A stretch of 64,000 nt of DNA from Octopus sinensis (GCF_006345805.1 NC_043015.1:20584001-20648000), one strand, 5' to 3'. Shown: positions 13,655-28,976, numbered from the stretch's first letter. Program-made: numbers and translations. Notes: a model not told the origin generated them from the letters alone.

Positions 13655-13925
13655 TTGTACTTATTCTATGGATTTTTTTCTTTTTCTTTTTACCGAAATG
13701 CTACAGCAGAGGGATGTAAATAAACCAACATCGATAGTCAAATCATGGAGGATGAAAACACAGGGGGACACACAAACACACGTATACAAAGTAATCTTTT
13801 TAGCAAATGCGCTTACACGACATTCGTTGGCCCCGGGGCTGCATTAGGGGTCGTCACACTGTAGGACCAAACACTCGAAACCAGGTGATTGCAAAGGGAG
13901 TTGCTTAAACCACTTAGCCATGCTT
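13655..13925 (-). mobile_element. Diverged SINE family A copy
   Basis: CTTATTCTAT..TTTACCGAA..GTAAATAAACCAACATCG motifs shared with other copies. Confidence 0.55.
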
Positions 13926-13959
13926 GTAACTATATGCACGCGCACACACAGACGCACAT

Positions 13960-14818
<859 letters not shown>

Positions 14819-15006
14819 AATAGATATATTATATCCTGATTGAAGTATTCACATAATTATTGACGCTAGTTCTTATTTTATTGTTTTTGTTCTCTGCATA
14901 TTATTTTATTGTGTTTATCCTCTTGTGAAATGCTAGACTGCTATGAACAATTTTCTTTGTATCTTTTACTGTCTTTCATTCTGTTAGGTTCTTTATACAC
15001 ACACAC

Positions 15007-15039
<33 letters not shown>

Positions 15040-15120
15040 CACACAAATATATATATATATATTTGCGCATGTACATACTCGTCCATACACTGTTTCTCCA
15101 ACGTGTACGACCGTTCACTT

Positions 15121-15162
<42 letters not shown>

Positions 15163-15191
15163 GAGACACACATACATACCCACATATATAT

Positions 15192-15227
<36 letters not shown>

Positions 15228-15603
15228 ATAAATGGTAATTTGCTAGAGCAGTTAGTGAGTCGTATAGAAGTATTGCATTAATTCTTCTGCTATTCTGCGC
15301 TGTGCATCCAAATCTCAATGACTTTTGTGCTTTATTTCCGATGTCGATAAATAAAGTATCATTAGAGTCCAGCTTTTCGACTACATTTTCCTCTGCCTGT
15401 CTGTCTCTCTGTCGCTCTTTCTCTCTCTCTCTCTCTGCAGATAACCTCACAATCACCACCACTAATTCGTTTAGCGATCATCACCATTACCGACTGATCT
15501 ATCACAAAGATTGTTAACCCCACAGTTTCCAGTATCCTCAACACAAACCATCACAACTGATACCACAAGGAGGATTTACACTATCACCAATACCTAGAAC
15601 AAC

Positions 15604-15885
15604 TGGCACTCCGTCGCTTACGACGAGCATTCCAGTTGATTTGACCAACAGAACAACCTGCACGCGAAGTTAACATGCAAGTGGCCGAGTACTCCACAGA
15701 CACGCATAACTTTGACGTAATTCTCACCGAGATTCATTGAGACACAGAATATGACCAGGATGGCCCTTCCAAATGCATTTTTGCCAGCTTAGTGGACTTG
15801 AGCAGCGTGAAGTAAAATGTCTTGCTCAAGGAATCGGAAGCCGGGAATCGAAGCCGAATAACGTAAGCACTAAGCGACGTGAATT
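15604..15885 (-). mobile_element. SINE family C (tail ..GACGGAGTGCCA), diverged
   Basis: Reverse complement of the copies at 23441-23760 and 40162-40461. Confidence 0.8.
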
Positions 15886-16687
15886 CACTCCTAAAATCTC
15901 AACAACAGCAGAACCATTCCTGCTGCATCAAAGAACATCAATGTAATTAGTCCTTTCACCGTATTTCCATTAAACTCATAACCACCAACCATTACACTCA
16001 TCATGGCTACATTCCCTTCCGCTTTTCACAACACCTCGCCATAAAGACAGCACTCCTGCTGCTATTGTCGCCGCCACTACTGACCCTACTGCTAATTTTA
16101 GAAGCCCTACGACCGATCCTCGCCACTAATAATTCTTCACTTACCGCTACAGTACCATTAATGAAATCACGCTACTGGTACGCAACCACTACCAAGAACA
16201 ACTACAGCACTAAGCACTCTCAATATGGTGCTCCTCGTGAAAAAAACACCACCACCACCACCGCCGTCGCAGCTACCAACCCCAAAACCAAGAAAAATAC
16301 ACCGCCAGCTCTACTATCACCCTCTGAAAGTAGCAAAAAAAATCTAATAAATAATACGATACAAACAGTTTTATATATATGTGTGTGTGTATGTGTGTGT
16401 GCGTGTGTGTGTGTGTGTGTGTGTTTGTGTGTGTGCATACTATTTCTATATATTTTATGTAACATCACCATTTCCTACCATTTCATAACAATTTGACAGC
16501 AGATATGCGCCATATTTATTATGAAATGTATATTTGTAGTTAAAGGAGAGAAAAAAAACGGCAATAAAAAAATGTCTAGAAAAAAAAATGAAATAAATAA
16601 ATCAACAAACCGTGTTCATTGCCCTTTTTATGTAAATACTGAAACACAGTGCCAAAAATATAGACTATTAGGAAAAAAGTGCTTCGA

Positions 16688-16718
<31 letters not shown>

Positions 16719-17050
16719 CATACATACACACACATACACACACACATACATACATACATACATATATATGTATATATATATATGCGATACACATGTTTAT
16801 GTATATACATATATATAAACGTATGTGAATCACTCACAGACACACACATATATATATATATATAGTATGAGTTATTGATATATGTATGTATACTTATATA
16901 CGAATATGTTTATGCATTTATATATTTATATAAATATTATCTGGTGACATGTACATATATTATTTCAGCGTATATATATCATCTCCGTGTTTATATATAT
17001 ATATATATATATAAATATATATATATATACACACACACAGATATATATAT

Positions 17051-17085
<35 letters not shown>

Positions 17086-17689
17086 GCTTACATACACATA
17101 TGCATAACATCTATGTGTGTGTGTATGTCTGTGCATACATTCACATATATACATATATAAAACATTTACATGTTTGTATCTGTATATATATGTGTGTGTG
17201 TGTGTGTTACATGTACACCCCGCATATACACCCACTGCTTAGAACGCAGCTAACCCATACTCCCTGTATATAAAATAAAAATCAGTAAGAGACATAGAGA
17301 TCGCTAGAATTCTGCTGACTAGTGTATCAAATCCATTTAAATCAAAACAATATATTATAAGAAATGAATGAAGCTAAATTTGACAAGTCTGTGTTCACTC
17401 AAAATAAATAACATATATAAATAAAACAAGAAAATAAAGTAAATAACTCGAATAATAAAACAGCGCTAAATGTCGATAAACGTGTTGTTTCGGCTGGTGA
17501 TGGTTTGTGTCGTTGAAAACATCGCCATAATGGCAGTGGTAGTTTCGAAATGTGTTAATATTCTAGTTGTTAAGATTGTTGTTGTTGCTCTTGCTGCAGT
17601 TCGCAGAGTTGCAGAAATGCTAAATCGCGAAGAAAAGAAAAAAAAAACCCCAAAACACTGTCTTGTGGAATTTATCCTGCTTTTCTTTC

Positions 17690-18665
17690 TTTTTTTTTTT
17701 TTTTTTGTTTTTCATTCTGAGTTCAAATCTGACCACTGTGATTTAGATTGTCTTTTATCCGTTTGGAATCTTTTGAATAAAAATCTAGTTAAATGCTAAG
17801 GTTGAATGTTATCGATTCTTCCACTTTCTTGCAAAACTTCTGCTTCTTGTGACCATCACAGCGAATTTCGGGGTTAATAAAAATATACAAATCCGAGGCA
17901 GTGGAGTAGCGGAACATCGGACAAGATTTCAAGTTCAGATCCTGTCGTGGTCTACTTAGGCAGTATCCTTATTCAGTCACCCAGTTTAAGACCATCATCA
18001 TTCTTTCGGGGTCCATAAAATGAGTACCAATCAAATACTGGGGCCGATGTAATCGACTTTTTCCTCCCCTCAGCTGACCCTGTGCCAAAATTCCAAAACC
18101 CTTTCAGGGTCAATTAAGTACCAGTGATACATTGGGGTCCATGTAATCGAGTAGTCCTTTCCCAGAAATTTCAGACCTTGTACCTTTAGTAGAAGGAATT
18201 ATTATTATTATTATTATTATGACTTCGGTAAACGGCAATGGGCTGGCAGAATCGTTAGCACGCTGGACAAAATACTTAGCGGTATTTCGCCTGTCTCTAC
18301 GTTCTGAGTTCAAATTTCGCCGAGGTCGACTTTGCCTTTCATCCTTTCAGGATCGACAAACTAGATACTAGTCACCCACCTCCCCGAAAATTTCAGGCTT
18401 TGTGCCTTTACTTGAAAGGATTAATATTATTATGATTGCGTTGAAAGGCAGCGAGTTTTTAGAAACGTTTGCATGCCGGGTAAAATGCTCAGCGACATTT
18501 CGTCCGTCTTTTCTTTTCTGAGATCAAATTCCATCGAGGTCGACCTAGTCTTTCACCCTTTCATGATCGATAAATTCAATACCATTCATCACTGGAATCG
18601 ATGTAATCGACCTTCCACTTCAAGCCAGAATTTCAGGTCTTGTGCTTATAGCAGAAAGAATTTTT
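17690..18665 (+). mobile_element. Cluster of about 5-6 tandem whole or partial SINE family B copies
   Basis: Repeated GAGTTCAAAT, AAGTACCA, GATGTAATCGA and AATTTCAGG motifs, separated by (ATT)n. Confidence 0.8.
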
Positions 18666-19009
18666 ATTCTTGCGTAAATTTTCGATTGATAATGTTGCCA
18701 TGTTGTTAGTCTCCTTGTTTTACTGCTTTTTGTGATTTTTTAATCTCAGCGTAAACCTGAATGAGTTATGACTACAGTCAATCCAACCATGGCCTTCTCC
18801 CCTTTTTATTCTTACCGGGTAATCCTACTCTAACTTATTCAGCACACTCTTGGTATTTGGTGGTGTTGTGGTTGTTGTCGATGATAGTTGTTATTTTTGT
18901 ATTGTGGTTGTTGTCACTGCTACTATGTTGTTCTGGCTAAAGTTATTGTTGCTATGGCAGCCTATATCGATCTCGTTGCATATATACTTGGCATATTGAT
19001 CCTTTATTT

Positions 19010-19402
19010 AGTCTTTTAACTGTTTCAGTCACTGAACTACGGCCATACTAGAGTACTGACTTGAAGCGTTTAGTCAAATAAATCGATTCCATTACCTATT
19101 CAAAGCCTGCTACTTAATTTATTATCCTTTCAGGATCCTTTACATTACGAGGCGATAAACAAACCATCACCGTTTGTCAGCCAATGAGAAATAAACACAA
19201 CACAATAACACATAGACAAATACACACACACCCATCCAGCACACGAACACACATACACACACATAATTTGCTTCCGCACCGGTTCCGTCGGCCATATTTA
19301 CTAAATTCATTCAGAAGTCATTTTTGACAAAGGTCTATAGTAGAATACATTTACGAGGTACCAAGTAGTGGGACTGAACCCCAGACCATGTGGTTGTGAA
19401 GC
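19010..19402 (-). mobile_element. Diverged SINE family A copy
   Basis: TTTCAGTCACTG..GCCATACTAGAGTAC tail and AGTGGGACTGAACCC..CCATGTGG head. Confidence 0.7.
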
Positions 19403-19509
19403 GTACTTCTTTATCACAGCCAAATCTTTGATTGTGAACTTTGTATTGTTATTGTTGTTTTGTAAACTTGCGTAATTCGAGTGCGGCCTTGAGTGTTAAG
19501 CTGTATGAT

Positions 19510-19670
19510 CAGTGGCTGAATAGTAAGTAGTTTACTTACCAACGACATGGTTCCGGGTTCAGTCCCACTGCATGGCACCTTAAGAAAATGTCTTATACTA
19601 TAGCCTCGGGCCGACCAAAACCTTGTGAGTGGATTTGGTAGACGGAAACTGAAAAAAGCCCGTCGTGAGC

Positions 19671-19701
<31 letters not shown>

Positions 19702-20330
19702 AATATATTATATATAATATATATATAATAATAACGGCAGTTTGTCTGTGCGTGTTTCTGTGTGTCTGTTTGCTTGTACCCTCACCCTGACCACGGCTTT
19801 CAACCGATTCTGATGAAACTTGACACACACATAGCCCAATGTCTTAATTCAAAACTAAGGCAGCGAAAATTTTGAAAAGTTCCCCCAGTTCTGAAAAAAT
19901 CATAAATTCGACATGGGGTCGAGAATTAGAAACACGAACCACAAACTGTCTAGGGGACGCAACTCCACCTTTTTTAAATCTCAAAAAAAAATTTCCCATC
20001 ATTTTTTTCCATTTTTTTGCTATTTTTTGGCTATCACTCTCTAAAAATGCTTTATAGTTATTTCCCTTACAAACCTGAGCAACGCCGGGCGATACTGCTA
20101 GTATATATATATATATATGTTTGTGTGTCTGTGTTTGTCTTCCCCATCGCTTACAACCGATGTTGGTGTGTTTACGTTCCTGTAACTTAGCGGTTCGGCA
20201 ACACAGACCGATAGAATAAGTACTAGGCTTACGAAAAATAAGTCTTGGGGTCGATTTGTTCGATTAAAGGCGGTGCTCCAGCATGGCTGCAGTCAAATGA
20301 CAGAAGCATATAAAAGAATAAAAGAGAAAA
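19510..20330 (+). mobile_element. SINE family A interrupted by a Helitron-like insertion
   Basis: The 5-prime half (19510-19670) and 3-prime half (20120-20330) are collinear with 57250-57648. Confidence 0.85.
19721..20101 (+). mobile_element. Non-autonomous Helitron-like element
   Basis: ATAATAAC..GTCTGTGCGTG start and CAACCGATTCTGATGAAACTT motif. A GC-rich subterminal segment GCAACGCCGGGCG is followed by terminal CTAG and then T, inside a TA tract. Confidence 0.75.
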
Positions 20331-21051
20331 TAGTTCCACTCATGACCAACGCATTGTATTGTCCTTTGCTTTAGCGACCTAATATTATCACTAACTTCAT
20401 ATCCTAACTACTGCTTACTTTTAAAGACGGTGGATCGTGCATCAGCGGGGTTGCCGTCTCTAAATTCTTCTCTCTTTAATTTCACTCACCTTGTCAGTCA
20501 GTCTGTCTCTCTCTCTCTCTCTCTCTCACTATGTCTGTCTGCTTACATCTGCCGAACAGGTTATGTCTCTGGCTATGTGTACCTACATATATGTGCATCT
20601 ACGTACAATATGTATGTATGTATATGTGTGTGTGTATGTGTATATGTGTATGTAAATGTGTATGTATGTATGTGTGTGTCTGTCTATATATGTATGTATG
20701 CATGTAGGTGTGCGTGTATATATATGTAGATATGTATGTATGCGTATGTATATATATGTTTGTGTGTCTGTGTGTGTATGTGTGTATGTATGCATGTACG
20801 TGTATGTATGTATGTATGTATGTATGTATGTATGTATGTGTGTGTTGTGTGTGTGTGTGTGTGTGTGTGTGCGTTTGTGTATGTCTACCGTTTTTCTTTC
20901 TTTCTGTGTCTCTCTGTCAGGTTGTTTTCGTTTGTCGATTCTTAATTCCTGCCAGCCTGTCCCTGTCTTTTATCTCCCATCTATCTCTCCGTCAGTCTAC
21001 CTGCCTGTCTGTCTGTCTGTTTATCCCCTCCCCTCCCTCTGTCTCTCTCTC

Positions 21052-21097
<46 letters not shown>

Positions 21098-21186
21098 TTG
21101 TACATTTATCACTTTCTGACTATATCCAAGTCTGTCTCTGTCACAGTTACGCACACAGGTATACACTCTCTCTCTCTCGCTCACCG

Positions 21187-21238
<52 letters not shown>

Positions 21239-22069
21239 TTCTCTCTCCCTCTCGCTCGCAGTCACACTTTCACACACACTCTCCATTTTCTCCTCAATAC
21301 TACAGTTTCTTAAAATGCAGAAATACAAGACAAAACCACCAAATAGCATTACATCTTCCATCAAATTCCCACATACACACACATACTCGCGCATACAAAC
21401 ACACAGACTGCCTCACACAATATCACAGACGCACACAAACAGACACACACACCTACACACAACCACCCACGAGACAATATAAACAATTAAAAAAACAAAA
21501 CCGAAACTTCAAGAAAAATCAAACTATAATAAAACTAATGATAAAATTAAAATATAAATACCAAACAGAGATCGATGAAGAATAATCGATGAGAGAAATA
21601 ATCACATTCAGTTTAAACATTGAATAAATTCAATGGTAAAGTGGCTGGACGTCTGTCTGTGTGTCTGCCTAACAGACAGACGGTGGGTATGTGTGTATAT
21701 GTCGGTAGGAAGCTATCTGTGTATGCGCGTGTATACGTATTTGTATGTGTGTATATACGTATGTATTTGTGTGTATGTATGTCTCTTCTATTTCTTAATT
21801 ATTATAAACCTTCCACTGAGGAGGGAGTCGGCCTCCATGTATGTATGTATCTATGTGTGTATGTATGGATGGATGGAGGGATGGATATGCGTGGGTGTGC
21901 GTGCATGTGTGTATGGATGGATATGCGCGCGTGTGTGTATGTGTGTGTGTGATGTATATACGAGGGTATTAACTTCTACTTATTTTGTAGGGTGTCGTCG
22001 TAAGACAACTCGTCTTGAATATTTGCAGCGTAGCAGAAGTCGTCCTTCTTTATGTCGGTAAAAAGAAAA

Positions 22070-22230
22070 AGGAAGTAGAAGAAGAAGTAGAAGAAGAAGT
22101 AGAAGAAGAAGAAGTAGAAGTAGAAGAAGAAGTAGAAGTAGAAGAAGAAGAAGTAGAAGAAGAAGAAGAAGAAGAAGAAGAAGAAGATGAAGTAGAAGAA
22201 GAAGATGAAGAAGAAGAAAGAGATGAGAAA
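22070..22230. repeat. (GAA)n microsatellite with GTA/GAT variants
   Basis: Direct reading; explains the poly-Glu and poly-Leu ORFs. Confidence 0.95.
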
Positions 22231-22546
22231 ATTGAAGGGGAAGGAAATTGCGAGAAGACGAAGGAGTTGAGAGAAAGAAAAAAGAAGTAAAAGAAGATAA
22301 GGGGGAGAAATTAGAGGCGATGAAAATAGAGATAGAGAAGAGGAAGTAGGAAAAAGTTGTAGAAGAGAGAGAAAGGTTAAGAAAAGAAGTTATAGGATAA
22401 GAAAACGGAAAGAAGAAAAACAAGAGAAGAGAAGGAAAAAGTAGAAATATTGAAGTCAAACAAAAGAAGGAAGAAGAAAGGTTTACGTTAGTAGTGGGTC
22501 TTGAAAGAATGAAACTGAATTCAGAACGGAGGGAGATGTGACGAAT

Positions 22547-22856
22547 TTATTCTTTTTATGCGCCCTTTTCAAGCCTAGCCAGGCTCATGGGCCCGGAAAC
22601 CGGTCTTTATAGTGTATGTGTTCCCCCCAGCTGTACGGTACGCCAGCCCATCGCAGCGTTACCCAAAAAAACACGAAGAAAGAGTGAGAGAAAGTTGGGA
22701 CGAAAGAGTACAACAGGGGTCGCCACAACCCCCTGCCGGAGCCTCGTGAAGCTTTTGGGTGCTTTCGCCCAATAAACACTCACAAAGCCCGGTCTGGGAA
22801 TCGAAACCGCAATCCTCGAGTCCGCTGCCCTAACCACTGGGCCATTGCGCCTCCAC
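22547..22856 (-). mobile_element. tRNA-derived SINE family D
   Basis: Head GGAGGCGCAATGGCCCAGTGGTTAGGGCAGCGG with A box TGGCCCAGTGG and B box GGTTTCGATTCC. Anticodon region is deleted, and an A-rich tail follows. Confidence 0.85.
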
Positions 22857-22859
22857 GAT

Positions 22860-23255
22860 GTGACGATTAGACGCCAAATATAATATCCTTTCTGGAAGCA
22901 GAAGGCATCAAATTTGTGGGGAGATGAGTCGATTACATAGGCTCATGTATAATCTTTTCTACTCTAGCACAAGGCCCGAAATTTTGGGAGAGTGGGACAG
23001 TCGATTAGATCGACCTCAGTACGCAACTGGTACTTATCAACCCCCGAAGGGATGAAATCGGCAGAATTGGAACTCAGAACGTAGCGATGGCCGAAATACC
23101 TTTTCTGCTCTAAGCACAAGGCCTGAAATTTTTGAGAAGGGGCCAGCCGATTAGATCGACCCCAATATGCAACCCAGAACGTAGCGACGGCCGGGGTACC
23201 ATTAAGGATTTCGTCCAGCGTGCTAACGATTCTACCAGCTCGCCACCTTCAGACG
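22860..23255 (-). mobile_element. Stack of partial SINE family B copies
   Basis: CACAAGGCCCGAAATTTT and GATTAGATCGACC blocks each occur twice, ending in GCTAACGATTCTACCAGCTCGCCACCTT. Confidence 0.8.
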
Positions 23256-23440
23256 CCAAATATTATCTCTCTCTTTAACAACTCTGCCAACGCGTTTGCA
23301 TTATTTATGTGCGTTTATGCACATACATGTGCATCTATGTGTGTTTGTGTGTATGTGTATGTATTCATGTACGTATGTATCTTTGTGCTTCTGCATACAT
23401 GAGTGTATGTGTGGATGTGTGTATTTATATCTGGTTGAAT

Positions 23441-23760
23441 GCGCCTGGCTTAGTGTTTACGACATTCGGTCCACGATCGTAAAGTCGTGAGTTCGATTCC
23501 TGGCGGTGCGTCGTAACCTTGAACAAGACACTTTATTTCGCGTTGCTCCAGTGTACTCAACTGGCAAAAATGTGTTGTACCTGTAATCCAAAGGACCAGT
23601 CTTGTCACATTCTGTGTCACGTTGAATCTCCCCGAGAACTACGTTTAAGAGTTATGCATGTCTGTGGAGTACTCAGCCACGTGGACATTAATTCCACTGG
23701 CAGACTGTTCAGTTGATCGGATCAACTGGACGGTTCATCGTCATAACCGACGGAGTGCCA
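23441..23760 (+). mobile_element. tRNA-derived CORE-type SINE family C, full length
   Basis: A box TGGCTTAGTG, B box GAGTTCGATTCC, CORE-like CCTTGAACAAGACACTTTATTTC and tail GACGGAGTGCCA. Confidence 0.9.
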
Positions 23761-24400
23761 TTCTTTAAAGTTTACATTTCGCATAGACATTAGAATGTCG
23801 GACAGAAGACTTTGCAGTCTTTGCTCAACCTTGTGTTCAAATCTCGCTAATGTAAAATTTACCTCTCAACATTTCGGGATCAATGAAATGAAAAAAAAAA
23901 CAACAAAAAAAAACTAATTTAACGCAGTGAATTATTGCCAAAACTCAATATACTTCCCAGATACGCCAGAGAAACTTCTCATTTCTGTCTGTGTCAATAA
24001 CTGTGCAAAATCCCTGTTGTTACCTAAAGAAATATAACGATTCACAGGTAGCTTTTCTCTAGTCTTAAACAAACCACTGAAGAAGCATCTTTTAAGGACA
24101 TCGAATGCAGTAATGCATTCTTTCGAAGTCCCGATATTTGGCCAATCTTGTTACAATTCTTCAACCATTTTTTTCCATATATATCTGAGATAAATATATA
24201 TCTGAGGTGAATATGAAATTCGTTAATTTCTTGTTTCAACTTTATGATATTTCCCTTCGTGTCGAGAGAGAGAGAGTTGGGTGAATGTAACTTTTAACGC
24301 ATATCAAATGGTACAGTGGTATTGCATGGCCAGTTCACTGTTACATGCTTACATACACACATTCATTAATACATACATAAATACATACATACATGTCGCT

Positions 24401-24493
<93 letters not shown>

Positions 24494-24575
24494 AATCTAT
24501 CTGTCGATGACTGTGTGTACATATACATATATGCACAAACATAATCGTATATATATATATATGTGTGTGTGTTTG

Positions 24576-24606
<31 letters not shown>

Positions 24607-24663
24607 GACAGGGTGTATGCGTGTATACGTACGTACATATATATATATATATTATATCTATAT

Positions 24664-24699
<36 letters not shown>

Positions 24700-25420
24700 T
24701 ATTCTATATATATATATATATATTATATATATATATATATATATACTATATATATATATATATTATATATGCAACCCGCATCCGTACACATACTTTCGCA
24801 AACACACTGAAGACCACACAAGTAAAACACTTAGGCACATACAAATATACATACACATACGTGTACATACATACATACCTGCATGCATACAAACATGCAT
24901 ACATACCAACATGCATACACATACACGCACACGTGTGTGTGCACGAAATTGAGTAAGTATATACCAAATTAAATTCACAGCAAATATTTACGAAATGTCC
25001 AGAGGAATTTCCGCTACAACGTTGAACAAAAGTATATATTTGTACAATTATCTACAAACCTAACTTAATAGCTAACCTAAAATTGATTTCCCTGTACGGT
25101 AAAACAAATTATGTGAAGCCTAAATTATTTTCAAACTTCCTTTTTCCTTTCGTAAATTTTCTAACAGTAAATATGAAAAATATATTTTAATCTTTGCTTA
25201 GGATGTTAGAACTGTTTTTATATTATTATTTTTTTTTGTGTATGCAGAATATATTATTTTGTTAAAATGTAGAGGAATAAGACGTCGTTCTCTGAGAAAG
25301 CCGAATAAACGTTTATATTTTAGCGATACACCTATATTTGGAAAACTGCACGCATTAACTCTTTCAATTTTATGTCTTATATAGAAAGCAGTTTTTCAAA
25401 AAGTATAAAGTTTTGGCACA

Positions 25421-25462
<42 letters not shown>

Positions 25463-25570
25463 ACACACACACATAGACACACACACATATTATATATATA
25501 ATATCAGGTAATAAAGATTAAAAAATTTTTACAACCAGTGGCCTAGCGTATAGAAAATTAGTCAATAGAC

Positions 25571-25939
25571 TATATATTATTCATATAAAATACAGTGTAC
25601 ATTTAAACACATTAAGAGGTATCCATCATATGACTCCCATACGCTAGAAGGAAGAGCTAATATCCAAACCACTAACTAGGGATAAAATCTCGAAGAGAAT
25701 GAAAAATGAAAACATCTACCATCAAATTCTTGGACCATTGTTTCTGACTGGCAAATTATTTTATTTGCTAAAAAAGATGTCCGAAACCATGGTCCAAGAA
25801 TTAGATGGTAAATGTTTTCATTTTTCATTCCCTTCGAGATTTTATCCCTAATTAGTGGTTTGGACTTTAGCTGTTCCTTGTAGCGTTTGGGAGTCCTATG
25901 ATGGATACCTCTTAATGTGTTCAAATGTACACTGTATTT

Positions 25940-25958
<19 letters not shown>
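25571..25958. mobile_element. Palindromic (fold-back) MITE with about 175-bp inverted arms
   Basis: 25571-25749 pairs with 25779-25958 with scattered mismatches. TA-CAGTGTAC..GTACACTG-TA core; inserted in a TA tract. Confidence 0.85.
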
Positions 25959-25974
<16 letters not shown>

Positions 25975-26777
25975 CATGCATACAAATACGTACGTATGTA
26001 ATATGTCCTTCACTATTTGTCCTTCTTTGTTCAGTAATCACAATGATATTCCCTATATATCTGATGCAACTAGAGTTGAGGTACCAAAGAATTAAAAAAA
26101 TTCGGACAATACTACACGCTGAAACTTTGCTGGAGTCTGATCTCCACCAATGATGAGCGGATTTTCCGTGTTTACTTGTTCTTTGTATTTTTCAATTCGT
26201 TGTCATGTCTAAGGCGCCTAATGTCATACGCCATTCGGATTGTCCCTCTATTTTGCGTTTACAGTCAGTAAGGGTCTCCACATTATAATCTGAACTTCAA
26301 AACCAAAGTTATGACAGCATGCCAACAACTAAGCGACTGTCCATTCTCAAAGTTTAAAGCAAATACCTCATTCTGCATGAAAAATAATATCTCTTGAAGT
26401 AATATGCGATCACGCGAAAAATATGAATCTTCGAATTGTATTTTCATGATTCAGCTGTTAACTGTAATTTTATCTGGAAACGATCGTTGGTCCAGTATAT
26501 GACAAGGCTGATTGAGCGAAACTTTTAGGTAAAGATCTATAAACCTGCTTACACGTGACACATTTACGATAAACTCTATATATCTCTCTCCCATAAAGAT
26601 GTATTGAATACGTATATATTACTTTATCAGACAATGAAGATTATATATTATACATACATTACCCACGCACACATATAGCTGTGCATTACTTTTAAAGTAA
26701 TATAATTAATATATATATATATTATATGTATGTAATGTATATGCATGTATATATATATATATATATATTATTATATA

Positions 26778-26818
<41 letters not shown>

Positions 26819-27796
26819 ATATATATTATATATATATATCAAATCAACGCGTAATCTATCTACAGTGATATTGGATAGCAATTCACCTCTGTATATCATA
26901 TTATATCATGCAGACGAAGAAAAAAGAAATTCAACTTTCAGGCTTTCAGCTAACTTGTATTGGCTTAGTGATTTTATGTGTTATTCCTGAATAGATTCTT
27001 CAGAAAGAGAGAGGATGAGAGAGAGAGGAGGAAGGGAAAAAGTATGCCACAGAAAACGTCTGCTACAACATTACTTTACAAACTGTTATTTAATATTACT
27101 CAGACAATGAAGAAAGAAATTGCCACAGGTTCAGAAATGGAAAACAAAGGATCCCCACAAAAAAACCTCAACATTTAACAACTGGCAAACCAAATATATA
27201 ATGGTATTTCTAATTCTATATTCATTGTCGAAACATTCGTATTGTCACAAAAAACATATATACATCCGTTAAAGATATATGTGTAGATGCATAATTGTAT
27301 TTATTACTATACAGATAAGTTACAAAAGAGAAGAGACATGGCAACATATACACAGATACATATACAATTTAAAATAATGTATACATGTGTGCGTTTGTCA
27401 ATCTATCTATTTGTCTACAACATTTTATATTTGACGATACTTTTGCGCATCACGACAAGATTGGTCATAAACTAAATAAAGAATTCAATACTTGTATTTT
27501 TGCAACTTTGATATTTATTTAAATATAATTTTCGACATTGGCTCAATTTGTCGCTGACTTCATAGGAACACATAATTAAATATTAAAATATGTACTCAAA
27601 ATTGCAAGAATTAGGACTAAGAAAACATGAAAATTAAGGTTTAAAGACAATGAAATAAGGAATGTTGTGAAGGGTTGAGTAAATTTTGAAAGCCAGACCG
27701 TTGATTTCAATATATAAGGGCTTAGAATATGTAGGTCAAGTAGAAATTTGAATTTAAGAACAAGTATTATTTCTGTTTAAAGTATCATAGGCTAAG

Positions 27797-28165
27797 GCTT
27801 GGCTGTGCGGTAAGATGATTCCTTCTCAAGCACATGGTTCCTGGTTCGGTCCAATTCCATGGCACCTTGGGCATGTGTCTTCTACAATAGCCTGGGGCCG
27901 ATCAAAGCCTTGTGAGTGGATTTGGTAGACGGAAACTGAAAAAAGCCCGTCATGTGTGTGTGTGTGGGGGGGTGTCTTTGTGCCTGTGTTTATTCTCCAC
28001 CACCGCTTGACAATTGGTGTCAGAGTATCTACGTCTCCGTAACCCAGCGGTTGGGCAGAAAAGGACCGGTAGAATAAATACAAAGCGTTAAAAAATTATT
28101 AGTAAAATCCTTCTAGGCAGTGCTCCAGCATAGCCACAGTCTAATGACTGAAACCAGTACAAGGT
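27797..28165 (+). mobile_element. SINE family A
   Basis: Collinear with 57250-57648. Confidence 0.85.
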
Positions 28166-28689
28166 AGAAGATGTAATGTCAATGAATTATAAATTTAGAG
28201 ATTAGTAAATAATTTCAGCAGACGAATGTTCCACTTGAACTCAGTTTGGCGACATTAACTAAAGTAAACGTTGATATTGTTTGTAGAAGTTAGTTTCTCG
28301 TAAAGTTGTCAAACTGGTGTTTTATGAGGTTATAAGAAACTGCATGAAATGGAAAGAACTTTTGAAGTTATCGCGTTATTACTAAATCAGATAAATCTAG
28401 AATATATTAATAGGAATAAACATAGATTTGGAAAGCTAATCCTAAAGATGGTAAGCAATAAACATGCACTAAGACGAGTATAAGCATCGCAGTACCATTA
28501 TACAATGAAATTATCTTACCATTTTCTAATTTGTGCCTCGTTAAATAAGTTTGAATAATTAGATAAAAATGTCCATTAAACTCAGCATATTTCGAGTCAT
28601 CAAAGTAAAGTAAAAGTATTATTTAAACTGGATTATGGTTTGAAATACATGTACGCGCGCGCACATACACACGGACACATGTATACATA

Positions 28690-28945
28690 TACATATATAT
28701 AGACACACACACATATATATATTGTATATATTGTATATATTGTATATATATATATATATATTGTATACACATATATATAAATAATATAAATGCGAGTGTA
28801 TGTGGTTATGTATGTGCATTTAGCTCAAAAGGCGCACATACACACACATGTATGCAGATACATGCATATACATATATATGTATACATTTACATGCATACA
28901 TATACATGTGTATATATATAAATATATACATATACATATATTATA

Positions 28946-28976
<31 letters not shown>

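Noticed and set aside
16065-16496. Signal-peptide-like ORF MSPPLLTLLLILEALRPILA
   Set aside because: TTG start, embedded in a decayed trinucleotide tract, and runs into (GT)n.
19805-19822. CTGATGAAAC as a hammerhead core
   Set aside because: Part of the Helitron CCGATTCTGATGAAACTT motif; no helices.
21816-21836. CTGAGGA-G-GGAG(TCGGC)CTCC half hammerhead
   Set aside because: GAAA and helix III are absent, replaced by microsatellite.
22015-22290. Poly-Glu acidic ORF
   Set aside because: Pure (GAA)n microsatellite.
22790-22856. tRNA gene (also the heads at 23441, 40162 and 57250)
   Set aside because: A and B boxes are present but there is no complete cloverleaf; each continues into a SINE body.
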